A DNA stretch of 63,961 nucleotides, filler included, from Collodictyon triciliatum (taxonomy: Eukaryota): the NCBI GenBank assembly GCA_043381765.1. It is 8 parts of 8 records of this genome, joined end to end, with 100 filler letters (N's around TTAATTAATTAA, not from the genome) between each part and the next. Parts side by side here need not be neighbours in the genome. Positions count along the whole stretch, not along the records: positions 60,170 to 63,961 come from JBHJMP010003139.1; 7 more parts are not named here. The stretch is one strand, 5' to 3'. The translations under genes were made by a program, and so were the position numbers. Below are positions 63,896 to 63,961 of this stretch, piece after piece (positions within the stretch are counted from its first letter, which is position 1; each line of letters opens with the position of its first letter). Below the pieces are notes generated by a model. It had not been told where the DNA came from, did not search any database, and was given only the letters and a program-made list of their open reading frames with translations.

Positions 63896-63961
63896 GTAAA
63901 ATAGTAAAAGGGAAAAAAAAAAAAAAAAAAATTTTTAGATAAAAAAAAAAAAAAAACAAAA

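Overview
AT-rich, intron-dense, microsatellite-rich nuclear DNA of a flagellated, mitochondriate eukaryote (probably a protist; standard genetic code, almost all GT-AG introns). The window is not one locus. It is eight contigs/scaffolds (six of about 9.3 kb) joined by artificial N44-TTAATTAATTAA-N44 linkers. Genes rebuilt by manual splicing: CFAP157 (3' part), a coiled-coil protein with PGxYD repeats, tRNA-Ser(UGA), an intronless RING/coiled-coil gene, DEPDC5/IML1 (5' part), a decayed RLE-type non-LTR retrotransposon, a cyclic-nucleotide-binding cation channel, CFAP54 (internal part), an axonemal dynein light chain-domain/EF-hand protein, a TOM1/GPR137-like membrane protein, an ankyrin-SOAT/ACAT fusion, a hypothetical protein, HAT1, a membrane-anchored pepsin-family protease and the last exon of SCO1. 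The most notable unexplained structure is a dispersed ultra-short insertion, (TA)CTTTGAATCGAATAAAGG + A7-9. It occurs 5 times on three contigs in both orientations, with an invariant 18-nt core and the same 5' end. Three copies have perfect 16-17 bp target-site duplications; one copy sits in the F-V-D-D active-site codons of the dead reverse transcriptase. It looks like a roughly 25-30 bp micro-retroposon. All gene names come from motif recognition, not database searches.
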